Shown: in pieces, positions 1 to 11,174 of the stretch
How positions within the stretch are numbered: the stretch's first letter is position 1
Layout of the letters: each line of letters begins with the position of its first letter
DNA from: Eutreptiella sp. 'Long Island Sound 2002'
Lineage: Eukaryota; Protista; Euglenida
Direction: 5' to 3'
Assembly (NCBI GenBank): GCA_964036045.1
Contig: OZ038379.1
Location: 32,798,001-32,862,000, forward strand
DNA: 64,000 nt
Program-made: the position numbers and the translations under genes
Notes under the pieces: generated by a model
Seen by the model: the letters and a program-made list of their open reading frames with translations, nothing else
The model's database searches: none
What the model was told of the DNA's origin: nothing

Positions 1-2559
1 GTGGAGCATTCGGAGGTTTCCCTTTTGCTGCAAACTTAGCAGAGATAGGTTTTATCATCATCCTCCTCCACAAGTAGGGGAGGGGAAATGATGCTACAAT
101 TATGTACAATGCCAACGGCACACTATGACAATGCTGTGTGGGTGCCCATGCCCATCACACACCCCAAAAGCTAAGCTACCGGGAGTGGAAAATAGCCGAC
201 TTTTCGCACAGCGCACGCACAGCACACGGTGCGCCCCCCTTGGGTGTGCGGTAGTGTGTGTTGTGGTTGTGGGTATGGTGGCTCTTGCACTCCCCATAGT
301 GTTGTACCCTGTGGCTGTGATGGTGGCTCATGCACTTGTCCCTCATCCCACGGTGCTAGTGCTCATGGAATCATCTATTGGCATCGTGATCCTGGTACCT
401 CCCACTGTTCTATCTATCCCGGGTGTGCAAATCTGGGCAGCTGCTGACGGCTTGGTGCCTTGCACGGGTCGTGTTGTGGCAAACACACTAGCGCATGAGC
501 TCCCTATTCCGTTGCCTATTCTCCCTGGGGCATCCTGAAATTGGCTTGCATTTTGGGACACGGACGTCCACCCCCCCCCCCCCTTCTGGCGAGCCGTGAC
601 AGGGACTATGAAGACGGGTAGACACTGCCCTTGCCTAGCCCTCCCCCTCAATGCTGCAAATAGTGGTGGTATTTGTTTCTGGTTCTTTCTGGTTGCATCC
701 CATAGCACAAAGGGGGAGGGGTACAACACTATGCCCCCTCCCCCCTTGGCAATTAGTCTCATGCAGACGTCAAAGAAGATAAATTAGATGAATCCACTGA
801 AGCGCAATCAGAACTTGCGCTATCATTGTCAGAGCTTGCGGTGCTGTCTAAAAAGAGATAAACCCCTTTCCTAGCTGGGGGGAGCAAATAAAAGAGGCGT
901 TGTGTCTACCATTTTAGCCCTTAGGGGACGGGGGGGGGGGGTCCGAGTACGTATTTGCTCAGCCCACTTTATAAGGGTTGGGCATTGTGGCTCCTGATGA
1001 GCAGCCCCAAGAGGTCTCGTTCTAAAGTTGTTCTTTTTCCCCCTTTCCTCCTCACATTGCTCAAAGAAGGGTGCAGCACCTGCTAGATGCTAATTTCACT
1101 CACAAAATGCCCCAACCCTCCAGAGTCATACAAATAGACTTCAAAGATCACCGTTCAAAAGAAAAAAGCAGTACATGGAGCCCATAACATGGGTCCTGTC
1201 GCAGATGTCCATTTCCTAGACCCCCCCCCTCCGTGTGTGACCCGTGACCCCGCCACCCCTTGAGTGCAAGTCAAGTTTCCCCATCTCCTGTGTGTGAACA
1301 GGTGGCACCACCTTATCTTGTTCCACATTTCCAGAAGGCGGCTATTGGGGTGTTCGCTTGGGCAATCGCTCAAGCCACAACCGCACTTGCTTTGTAGAAT
1401 GAGGTGCTAGGCTCTTTCAATTGCTCTATTTGGGGTTCTTCTTGACGGTACCACCTTCTCGTGTGCATTTCGGAGCTGTACATGGTGGTGATGTTGATGA
1501 TGAGATGTTTCTGCTGTGTTTTGTGCTTTTTCTTGTCCCTAGATCGTGACCTTGGTCGCCTGTACTAGTGTGTGGAGGGATAACTTAAGGAGGAGCTAGA
1601 CTTGTACCTCCTTCTTTTTTGCTTGTGTGCTGACACGGACAATGAGTCGGACTCTAGGGGCGTCCCTGCAGTGCGCGCAAATTGCGTGCTACTTTTAGAC
1701 AAGTTTCCCCCTGAAGAGCCCCCGGGCACACCCCTTCCAAACACCCTTAAAATCAGGTACCCAAGCTCAATACAGCTACAAGCTACCTTCCCTTCACATA
1801 AGACATCATGCACAATGGGAAAAGCCATGAACGGCGATGGTCGCCACCCCGGGTATTGGTTAGGAATATAGGACACCAGATGTCTCAAGACACAGGGGTT
1901 TCCATGGCCATGCCTTGGCCAAGCAACCGAATGGCAGTTAATCAGAATAGAATCACAATCAGACCACAATATTCAAGCAAAATTTCAGAGTATCTAGGTT
2001 GTGTGGGTGTGAGACCACTAGCCTTAACCTAGGAAGAAATATGCACTGCATTTCCCAGGGTATCCATCTTGCATTGCCGATTCATCAATATGGCTACATC
2101 ACCCCTGCCTTCTTGGGGTCCCCTTGGTGGGGAGGAACCTAGAAAAGAGTGGATGTGGTGGAAATGAGCAAAAAAGTAGGAGAAAGGGTGGAAATGGGTG
2201 AAACCGTGTAAAAATCCAAAAATAACATATTCCCAAGGTGGAAGAAGCATCAAAGTCTACTCTCAAACACCAATGATGCCCCTAGTATCACAAAGTATGG
2301 GTCTCCGGTATGGCCAGACGCCCAAATAGTTGCACTGTGCGCGCAGTGCGCGCACACTGCGCTAAGTGCGCCCCCTCCAACCTTGACCTATCCTCTCCCC
2401 CTCAGGGAGAGTGCAAGGCGGTAGGTGGGGCAATGCGAATTCCCAAAGAGCTGTGGGCTTGTTGCAGACATATCCGTGTGCATATCACTTGTTTAACAAC
2501 TGTGTTTCTCGGACTCAATGATCGCTTTGTTTGTCTTTCAGTTCTGAGATGGCCCTACA

Positions 2560-3093
2560 GTGGCACCGTGGAGCATGCTCTACCCCCCCTTCATTTCAAG
2601 TGAGCCCCCCTCCGCACCGAACCTTCCCGAACCCCCATTTGGAGTGACGTGCGACTTCCCCCCCGACCCCAACATGGTCGGCCCCTCGCAACCCCCAATC
2701 AACTTTGTTGATGGGAACGGTTACATGGTGCTTCGGGGGGTGGTGGAGGCAAAAGATTGTGAAGTGGGGTGCGGGAAGGTCATGAAGGCTTGGGGGACTG
2801 GGAATGAGAAGGTGGTGGCGAAAAATTTTGAGCTCCTGTTCAACGCCGGGTTGTCGGAGGAGCAGGCGAAGGACCCTTCGCTGCCCCGGAGTTGGCAGAG
2901 CAAGGGGGCGCTACGGCAGGGGGTGGGGCCCCCCCTTTTGAAGAAGTTTCACCCCCCCCCCCACCTGGTAGAAAGTGTCCCCATTGTCAGGCAATTCCAC
3001 CCGATGACGCCGGGCAGCATCATTGTGGCGAGCGTAAGGAGTGGGCCCCAGCTCCCCCACACCAAGGTAGCCACGCATCCCGAGGCTCCTTAG
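2560..3093 (+). pseudogene. Hypothetical ORF remnant, probably from a mobile element
   Basis: 177-aa ORF whose middle (INFVDGNGYMVLRGVVEAK...KNFELLFNAGLSEEQAKD) reads protein-like while the opposite strand reads like antisense; no family recognised. Confidence 0.25.
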
Positions 3094-3308
3094 GCTTGCC
3101 GGGTTTTGCCACTTTGCGTTTTGGGCACCATTTGGCCGTGGTGGATGCTTTTGGGGCGGGATTTTCGCTGGATGATGCGTGAAGAATTTGGGGCATGAAT
3201 TTTTCCACTTCAAATACCTCAAAAGGAACCAAAAATGTAGCGTTCCCCGCCCCCCCCCCAAAAAAAAAACCCCTCAAAATTTAAGCAAATTCGCGTGAAT
3301 TCGAATCC

Positions 3309-4226
3309 TCAATTCAAAGGACCGCTTAACCCCTGTTCAGTCGTCCGTGAGCCACTCCATATCTGTATCCCGGATAAACTGTCTCGGAGGCCACATGTTC
3401 TTGGCTTTGAATTCTTTTCAGTCATAGCGCCAGTCCCCAACTGATCCCGGTACAATGACAGGCCACGGGACTTTGCCTCTCTTCCATGGTGCTCCGTCCC
3501 AGCGGGCAATATACTTCTTTGCGAGCCTAAGGGACCTCCAGCGGCCCCATTGAAGTAATTGCGGCATGGTTGCCCCCGCACAAATGAACATAGTGGCGCC
3601 TGCCCTGCGCTAGGTGTGCCAGATGATACCATGATACTCGGTACTTTGGAGTAGGCGCTCCATCGTCGTGGACAGGGTCTTGGTTCCGCCTGGTAGGAGG
3701 GGCAAGTATGGCGATCTCTCCTAGATGCTAGTTTGAAGCCGCAAGAAGCCAGAGAGTCTGTTAATATACTCCCCAGCCGGCCGAGTGATCCACTGTCGCC
3801 TGGACTTCTGCTCCCAAAATCGGATTGCGGATTCCGATTGCTACAGGTCCACTGCACGTATGCTGGCCGCGTCACTAATTCTGAGGCAATAGACTGTGGA
3901 CAGGGCAGCAAGGGCAACGACAATTCTTTCTTGTGGGGACTGTGCTTTACGGCCCATGGTCTCAATGACTTCCAGGGGGCCCAGCGTTGGCTCCTTCCGC
4001 TACCGGCGAGTCTCTCTTTCCCACGCACAAGCCTCCGGATGTTCTTCGGGACAAAGAGGTTGCACAGGTCCAATTCTTCGAGAGACGCATCCCGGACCCT
4101 GTAGTGTGGCGCTGCGCCAGACTGAAGAGGTACTATCGTAATCCGATTCGCGGATCCCTGATTCGAGACGTGAACTGTGAGGTAGCCATTGCCTTGACAT
4201 GCCGGACGTACACATGCAAAGCCCAT
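3309..4226 (-). CDS. Hypothetical intronless 305-aa ORF, probably TE-derived
   Basis: Longest ORF in this non-satellite region; both flanks (3275-3305, 4915-4985) are rich in AATT motifs; no motif recognised. Confidence 0.3.
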   Translation of the reverse strand: MGFACVRPACQGNGYLTVHVSNQGSANRITIVPLQSGAAPHYRVRDASLEELDLCNLFVPKNIRRLVRGKERLAGSGRSQRWAPWKSLRPWAVKHSPHKKELSLPLLPCPQSIASELVTRPAYVQWTCSNRNPQSDFGSRSPGDSGSLGRLGSILTDSLASCGFKLASRRDRHTCPSYQAEPRPCPRRWSAYSKVPSIMVSSGTPSAGQAPLCSFVRGQPCRNYFNGAAGGPLGSQRSILPAGTEHHGREAKSRGLSLYRDQLGTGAMTEKNSKPRTCGLRDSLSGIQIWSGSRTTEQGLSGPLN

Positions 4227-5684
4227 CAGAGCCCATCAAGAAATGCTCTCTATGCCGGTGCCTTTCTATGAGGGTCCGTTTGGGGGTGAAAGCTGTGTAA
4301 TTGCCCAAAACGGCGCGTACCGTGCACCCGCACCCACCAATGAAGAGCTTTTCATCTTAGCCACCTCTAATTGTTGCAATAGACTCGAAATATGATTGGA
4401 CCCTTGTTGAGATTGTAAATGAATATTCTACCTTTGTTCCACCGGAGGGGGGGGGGCGGTATGCACTAGGTTAGTGGTGGGGTAGACCTGGACGTGGGTG
4501 TCCTTGGTCTTCCCCAGCATGTTGGTACTCATCCCCCTCAACGGCTGCTCCACAATGGCGGGGGGGGGGGGGGAGTGCAAAAACCGCCCACTAGGGACCC
4601 GGAGTCGCAGTTCCCTCCACAACTCCGTGGCCCAGGCCTTTCCCCAAAAATAGGAGTTGCGGAGGGGTTCCACAAATCAATGTGTACAACATTGGGGGGG
4701 CAACCTCTGCTACCCCCAAGGCGTCCAAGTCATACATGGCCTCCTCCATCTGATGCTGGGCCACGGGCAGGCCTTGGTACGCCGCCAGTGTGTCGGCAAA
4801 GGGGTCTGGGCGGGATTGTTGATTGGCCAGCTAGTTGAGGGTTTGCGACATTGTCAGAAAAGAAAGTGGGAGGCAATCAAAGCGGAGAACGAGAGGGAAG
4901 CAATGCAAAGTAGTACAAATTCGTACGAAATTCATACGAAATTCTCAACTGTGAATTCGGTGCAAATTGTACGTCAATTTGACTAGATTCGGAGTGGGTT
5001 CGACCAAACGGCACCAATTATTCGTGACCCAGCGGCCAGTTAAAATATTAAATTTGGACACATTTACAATCGCACCATTTAGGCAAAGGTAGCACGAGAA
5101 ACACACACCATGGCACCAAGAACGCGCAAAACACATCAAAAATTTGACAAATTCACGCCTCGGTGAATCTCCCATCACACGTAGCCTAGACGCCTAGCAT
5201 AGACTGTCAGTATCCTCCGGATAAGTGCAATGCTCCCCACCCCCAATTTTTTTCTAGGGGTTGCGTTTCATCCACGGATTCGGGGACCGACACGGACTGC
5301 TAGCTTTTTGGTCTGAGGTCTAAAGCCGGTCCACACATTGGACCCGGCATCGGGGGCTCCTTTGGGACGCAAAAAGCAGGCTACTTCTTCCGGGCTCCCG
5401 CTAGGGCTGCGGCTACTTTCTTCCGGGCAACAATTATTCGACGCAAAATTTCACAAAAACGCAAAAAAACCAAAATTTTCCGTTATAATGGACCCTCCTG
5501 AGTAATATGTATAGTGGTGTGCCACTCCCCAAAGGGAAGCTGCCCCGGCTACCAAGGCCACGCGTGGCCAATCACATGTCCCCGATTGTGGGACACACTC
5601 ACAGAGCGCCGGGTTCCCACCCCATCCCCCAGTTAGCCTCGTTAGCACGTTAGCGCTCCATCGCAAATATCGCTGGTCAACCGT

Positions 5685-5714
5685 GGTCACGGTCACGGTC
5701 ACGGTCACGGTCAC
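5685..5714. repeat. (GGTCAC)5 microsatellite
   Basis: Five exact tandem copies read directly. Confidence 0.95.
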
Positions 5715-7048
5715 TTTTGGATAGCCTAATTAGGGTTGTTGTTAGGGTCCATGGCAAGGGTTTGTTTATTTCACGATTCCTTCTGGCCATTCCATCTCGC
5801 GGCACTTTTCCTCTGCTGGATTGTCGGATACGCCGTCACCGGCATATTGGCTGGGGGGCATGAATTTCGATGTGCCGGTACCGAATCCCGAATGAAAAAT
5901 CGTGTTTGGAGGGATTGGTGTTGCCGGCCGATTCGCGGGTGGTCCTATCTTGTGCCCTCGAGCGGTGGGCCATTTCTGTGGCCACCGTGGTGTCTCCTGC
6001 CTTGCGCTTAATATGGGGGGGCGGAACCCTATCCACGAAGACTCCAATCATCTTAGACTCCAGGTATCACATGGGACGGTTACTGAAACATAGAGCCGCC
6101 AGGGCATGCTGGACTGCGGCTAGGAGGTGGCCATTAGGGGGGAGGGACTCCTTCGGTGGTGCATTGTGATCCACGCAACCTAGGTTAAAAACGTCCCCAA
6201 CCTCAAGCCCACTGTCTAGACATGCTGGTGCTAGATCCATTATGTGGGGCAGCGCAGTAAGAAACCTATGGGAGGAGGCACCGGTCAGCTCTCTCAGGCC
6301 ACCACTAGCAAGGGGCCAGGGCCATGAAGTGGGGTTGTGCAAAGGTGCAGGGGTTCCCGTAGGGTGAAGAAATGCAGCGAAAAGTTAATACACAGAGAGC
6401 AATTGGCAAAGGGCGGACAACACAAGACGGGGGGGGGGGGGGCAAGAGCAGACCTATGGGCGACAAATATAGGTACGTACGGGGCGGCCGCGATATGGTA
6501 TGGCCGTAGGGTGGGGGTGACCACAACGATACGGGTGATACTGTGGCCGGGGTGCGGGGGCGGGCTTGGGTTTGGGTTCGGGTGGGTCACCACGGGCCAT
6601 CTGCGTCAGGGTGCGCGTGTCCGGGCCCAGACTAAGGTGCCGCTTGACAGGTGGCTGGACAGGTGGGGTTGCTGGTGCTGGTTGTGGGTGTCCTAGGGCA
6701 GCAGTGACGTCCGTGGGCGCGGGGGGGGGGGGGGGGGGAAGAAGGAGTAACGACGATCGTTGCTGTGCGACGAGCCCTGGCAGTGCTGTCTGGCCCGACG
6801 GCAAGGGTGGCCTTCTTGGAGAGGATTTGGGGACGGCAGGGCGTTGTGGATGGGGTACTGTCTGCGCCACGATGAGCCTCGCCCTCTCGAGGCTTCGGTC
6901 GAGGAAGTGCGACCAAGACACGCGCCGTCCGCCCGCCCAAAATGCTACTTGGCCCCGCGTGTCCAAGGCAAACCGGTACCCACGGGTGGGCCGTCTCCTC
7001 GCTTTTAGACGCGGCTCTCCCCCCCAGTAGAAGTGGGCCGAAGGCCCC

Positions 7049-7079
<31 letters not shown>

Positions 7080-7204
7080 TTTTTTTTGGGGGGGGGGGCT
7101 AGCCGCCAAGGAGGGCTTCTCTAAGGGACTTGCTAGTCGCTGCTAGTTGCCGGGGGGGGAGGGGGGCTAGGAGAGGGGGTTAGCAAAGGTCTAGTTCAGT
7201 TTGG

Positions 7205-7310
7205 CAGAGACGCGGTGGCCTAAGGGGTTACTCTACAACAACGGAGGCCTCCACTCTACCTCCTCATCAATGCAACGGTGGTTGTAGGCGCCCACACCCC
7301 CTGCCTGAGG
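7205..7310 (+). repeat. Dispersed repeat, second copy at about 35575-35675
   Basis: gacgcggtggcctaaggggt...aacaacggagg.ctccactc.acctcctca.caatg...ggttgtag.cgcccacacccc is present at both loci; probably a terminal segment of a retroelement. Confidence 0.8.
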
Positions 7311-7410
7311 AGGGCCGTATATATATGCTGCACTCTCCGACACGGCCCGTCACACCGGAGAGCAGCTGGGTGCCTGGCAGGTTGCCCAGGCCTACGAGGC
7401 ACCCGATTAG

Positions 7411-7590
7411 TTTTTTTTTTTCCTTCGCTGTACACACAAGTACTGCTCTATGGGAATAGGTTTTTTTTTCCTTCGCCGTACACACAAGTACTGCTCTATG
7501 CAATAATTTTTTTTTCCTTCGCCGTACACACAAGTACTGCTCTACAGCAGTAGGTTTTTTTTTCCTTCGCCATATACACAAATAATATAA
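7411..7590. repeat. About four tandem copies of a 46-50-bp unit
   Basis: T-run + CCTTCGCYGTACACACAAGTACTGCTCTA repeated; last copy degenerate. Confidence 0.9.
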
Positions 7591-8439
7591 GCAAAGAAAG
7601 AAAGAAAGCCCCTTTTTGCCTCCTTCTCGAGCCGGGGAAAAGCTCGAGGCAGGGATCTCCAGACCCCTGATTGCCTCCTCCTTGAGCCGGGGTATTAAGA
7701 TTGTCCCGGTTTCCTCAATAGCACCGGACGGTTGGGGCCCAAAAGAGGGCGGAAATGCTACATCACCCCTGCATTCTCGGGGGTCCCCAACAAAGGGAAC
7801 AAAATCGGAAGTCAAAACCTATGCCGGGGGTCACCATGATGCACCACGCAACGAAGCGTGGATTCAAAGATTGTCCTAAGCGCGCCCCCTTAGTATGGCT
7901 AGTAGCCATTGACCCTTGGTAACTAAGTGGGCCCGGAGGGCCCGGAGGGGGGGGGGGGGAGTCGCGTACCCGGACCGAGGAGACGCCCCCCCCTTGCCAG
8001 TACCGCATCCACCCAAGATCAAATAGGCCATCTAGGGTCGCTAGGGGCTGTGCAATCCACTCTTCAGTCCTTGGGGTGATGAGGTTGGTTGCCCTGGCGG
8101 CGCGGGGGGGGGGGGGGGGTTCCTGTTGGCCGAGGAGGATCTTTGGTGGGGGACTAAGGTAGGGTGGTGATGGGGGATTTCGGTGTGAGGATGGACTGTA
8201 CGATGGTGCTGGGGGGGATGTGGGTGTGGGCGGTTTGGGTGGGGGGGCTGAGTACTGGCGGTTGAGGTGAAGCCAGCTGTGCGAGGCTCTTGGGAGCGTC
8301 GGAGTCCCATAGTGATTGGTCTCCTTGATCGCCATACAGCGGCAACTCAGGCAGATCCCCTCACCCTACTGAGTGGGGAGATGCTGGGGACGAAGGCAAA
8401 AAAAGGCAATGCTTGTCACAGATTGAAAACATGTTCCGC

Positions 8440-8650
8440 CATTGTCCCGCAGAGACAGGTGCCGAGCAAAAACTTTCACAGACACGAGGAGTGGAGAGGT
8501 AAAGCAGCTGTGTGCATGAGGGATGGCTTGCTTACCTACTGGTTGCTGGGTCCTACATGTGGCGGCATGATGAGACGGACGAGTGGTTGGGGGGCCCTCC
8601 TCCGACTGCCACATGGGGCGCCCACAACCGCCCCAGTACCCTACCGCTCC
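8440..8650 (+). pseudogene. Possible decayed tyrosine-recombinase C-terminus of a YR retroelement
   Basis: Frameshifted fragments TFTDTRSGEVKQLCA*G and GWLAYLLVAGSY loosely resemble the HSxRRGGA and GxW...A..Y boxes. Confidence 0.25.
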
Positions 8651-9160
8651 GGCGGCTTCGCTGGTCCCCGGTATTTGTACTCGAGCCCCCCCCCCCCCCC
8701 CCCCCCCCCCCCGGGTGCCACCATCGGGCCCCGCCTCGTACATGGTATGCTAGGAAAAGAAGTGGCTTCTGTACCAAACGCCGTTCCCAACTAGCGTTCT
8801 CACCACCAATGAGCAAGAACAATAATGGTGAAGCATTGAACAAAAAGGATATTAGTTCGCTTCGAGAAAAAGTATCTATAGACCATGCCCCGGACAAGCC
8901 ACCTGAATCCGTGCGTTGCTCATCCCCACTGGAAAGCCAGAGGTTAGTCGCGCCGGCGGGACTCCACGGGTTCCTTTTCAAAGGGGGTGTGGGGTGTTGA
9001 CCTGCCTAAAGTAGGAAAAAAAGGACAAAGGAATTTTGCTTCGTGCGCCAGCAATATTGGAGGTTGGGGGGGGGGGTTGTTTCAATGTCCAGATAGGGAA
9101 ACATGTGTGGCCAGTGGTGACGCAAGCCGTTTTGAAAACGGGGCATGCCGGACGGCAACA

Positions 9161-9360
9161 NNNNNNNNNNNNNNNNNNNNNNNNNNNNNNNNNNNNNNNN
9201 NNNNNNNNNNNNNNNNNNNNNNNNNNNNNNNNNNNNNNNNNNNNNNNNNNNNNNNNNNNNNNNNNNNNNNNNNNNNNNNNNNNNNNNNNNNNNNNNNNNN
9301 NNNNNNNNNNNNNNNNNNNNNNNNNNNNNNNNNNNNNNNNNNNNNNNNNNNNNNNNNNNN
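9161..9360. other. Assembly gap (200 N) with a duplicated 134-bp overlap
   Basis: 9027-9160 is identical to 9361-9494. Confidence 0.95.
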
Positions 9361-10381
9361 AAAGGAATTTTGCTTCGTGCGCCAGCAATATTGGAGGTTG
9401 GGGGGGGGGGTTGTTTCAATGTCCAGATAGGGAAACATGTGTGGCCAGTGGTGACGCAAGCCGTTTTGAAAACGGGGCATGCCGGACGGCAACAACATCT
9501 ATTTACATGTCTGGTCAACTAGTCATAACAAGCAAAATGAAAATTCACATTGGGTCCACCAAGCAGCCTTTTCCGGGCTCCATGTGGCAGCGTGACTGGA
9601 CCCGGAGTCCGACCCCACATTGGAGGCACCTTTGGAGGAGAAAATTTACCCAAAAATTTCCGGGCTCCCAGGAACCATACAAAAAATTTCGCACCGATGT
9701 TGCACCATGCTACGTGGCGCCCAAACAGACCCGACAAGGAAAACTCGGGAGGAAATACCGTCGCTGCACCGCATGGTACGACTATATTCTGTGCTAGCCT
9801 CCAGGCTACATGTGTAAGGGTACGTGGTTAGTGTTATTTCTTGATGGGTCTTGGATGGTCGCAAATATTTCCTAATGGGTTCCCGAACGGACAGCACGAA
9901 GATTGCACGTATCAGCACAGGAGCCCTGTCCATAGTGTGTGCCTGCTTCATAGCAAAGAACAAGCAAAACAAATCTTCACGGGTGATAAAATTAGGGCGG
10001 CTGTACTTTAAATGTATTTCTTCCGTGTGTGGACATCGCGGCCAATCAATGTGATCAAATAACGGGCACAATCAGAGAGAAACAAAGCCGTGGACCATTC
10101 GTTTGCAAAGGCGGAGCCCAAGAATACTGCAATGGAACTTGGGACGGCAGCGACTCGGTGTCGCCAAGATCCTTAAGAAGCAGGGGGGGGGGGGGGGTTG
10201 CGGAGAGGTAACGCGGACAACCTGCCCCATTGGGCTGTTGTGGCTCGCTTAGAGTGTCCTTTTTCGGCAATATGCCCCGCCGCAAACGCGGCGGGAAGGC
10301 CAAGCGACGCCGCCGTGGTGGCCGCCGCCACCAATGGTCGGGGGCGGGCACCGCCCGCCGGCGCGCGAAGGCCCGCCAACA

Positions 10382-10406
10382 CTTAGGCGCCACAAGTTGC
10401 CCACCC
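10382..10406 (+). repeat. Left TIR of element A
   Basis: CTTAGGCGCCACAAGTTGCCCACCC; reverse complement of 16896-16920 with one mismatch. Confidence 0.95.
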
Positions 10407-10812
10407 CCCACCTGGCGCTATGGCCCACGGAAGTCCATGTTGTAATGAGGGGAAAAGTATGTGAAAAGGGGTGTTATTTTTTGGGTACCCAAACCCCCCT
10501 GGTGGCAACATGCAAAAACAAGGTGTGTATTTCAAATATATGCCATTATTTGCATTTCTGGAAACACACAGATTTTCAAAATAAAGACATTCAATCACCA
10601 AAATATAGTGTTGTTTTACATTTAGACCACTGCATTCCAGTGTGTGGGGGGGGGGGGGGGGGGGGGCTGCCTATTTTTCTCTCCCCTTTGTTCGAGGTTG
10701 ATCACAGAACCCCCCTATACACCACAGATGAGGGAACCCCAAACATACCTTTCATTGAAGCACACAAAAAACTATCCCAAAGCATGTACTTGTATTTCCT
10801 ATTTTAACCAAC

Positions 10813-11135
10813 CTGGCCGAAATCTCGGCCAGCTCTTCGAAAAAGTCCAAACACATGGTCCTATTTGACAGACAGGCCTAAGCTGGCCGAAATTTCGGCC
10901 AGGTCCATCGAAACTCCAAATATGATCACTGAAATGGGTACCTAAGACAGTAGACATGAGCAAGGAACACAGGAGCAGTGACATTTGAACAGGGTGTGCA
11001 ACATAATATACTCAATTACAAGCAAATACTTGCCACCTGACGAATCAAAGCAGACTTTTGCAGTGCCTATGGGGAAACACAATAATAAAAGGCTGAAGAG
11101 GCTGAGGACTGCATGCTGGCCGAAATTTCGGCCAG
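10813..11135. promoter_or_regulatory. Three 20-bp palindromes downstream of the accessory gene
   Basis: CTGGCCGAAATTTCGGCCAG at 10883 and 11116; one-mismatch copy at 10813; first two are 70 bp apart. Function unknown. Confidence 0.85.
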
Positions 11136-11174
11136 ACTTCATGCTGACAGGCAATATAAGCAGCACGACTGGCA

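Noticed and set aside
100-2260. Several short ORFs on both strands
   Set aside because: No recognisable motifs and many stops in the protein-like frames; probably decayed retroelement sequence that cannot be classified.
9027-9494. 134-bp direct repeat that could look like LTRs
   Set aside because: The copies are identical and abut the N gap on both sides, which indicates an unmerged contig overlap.
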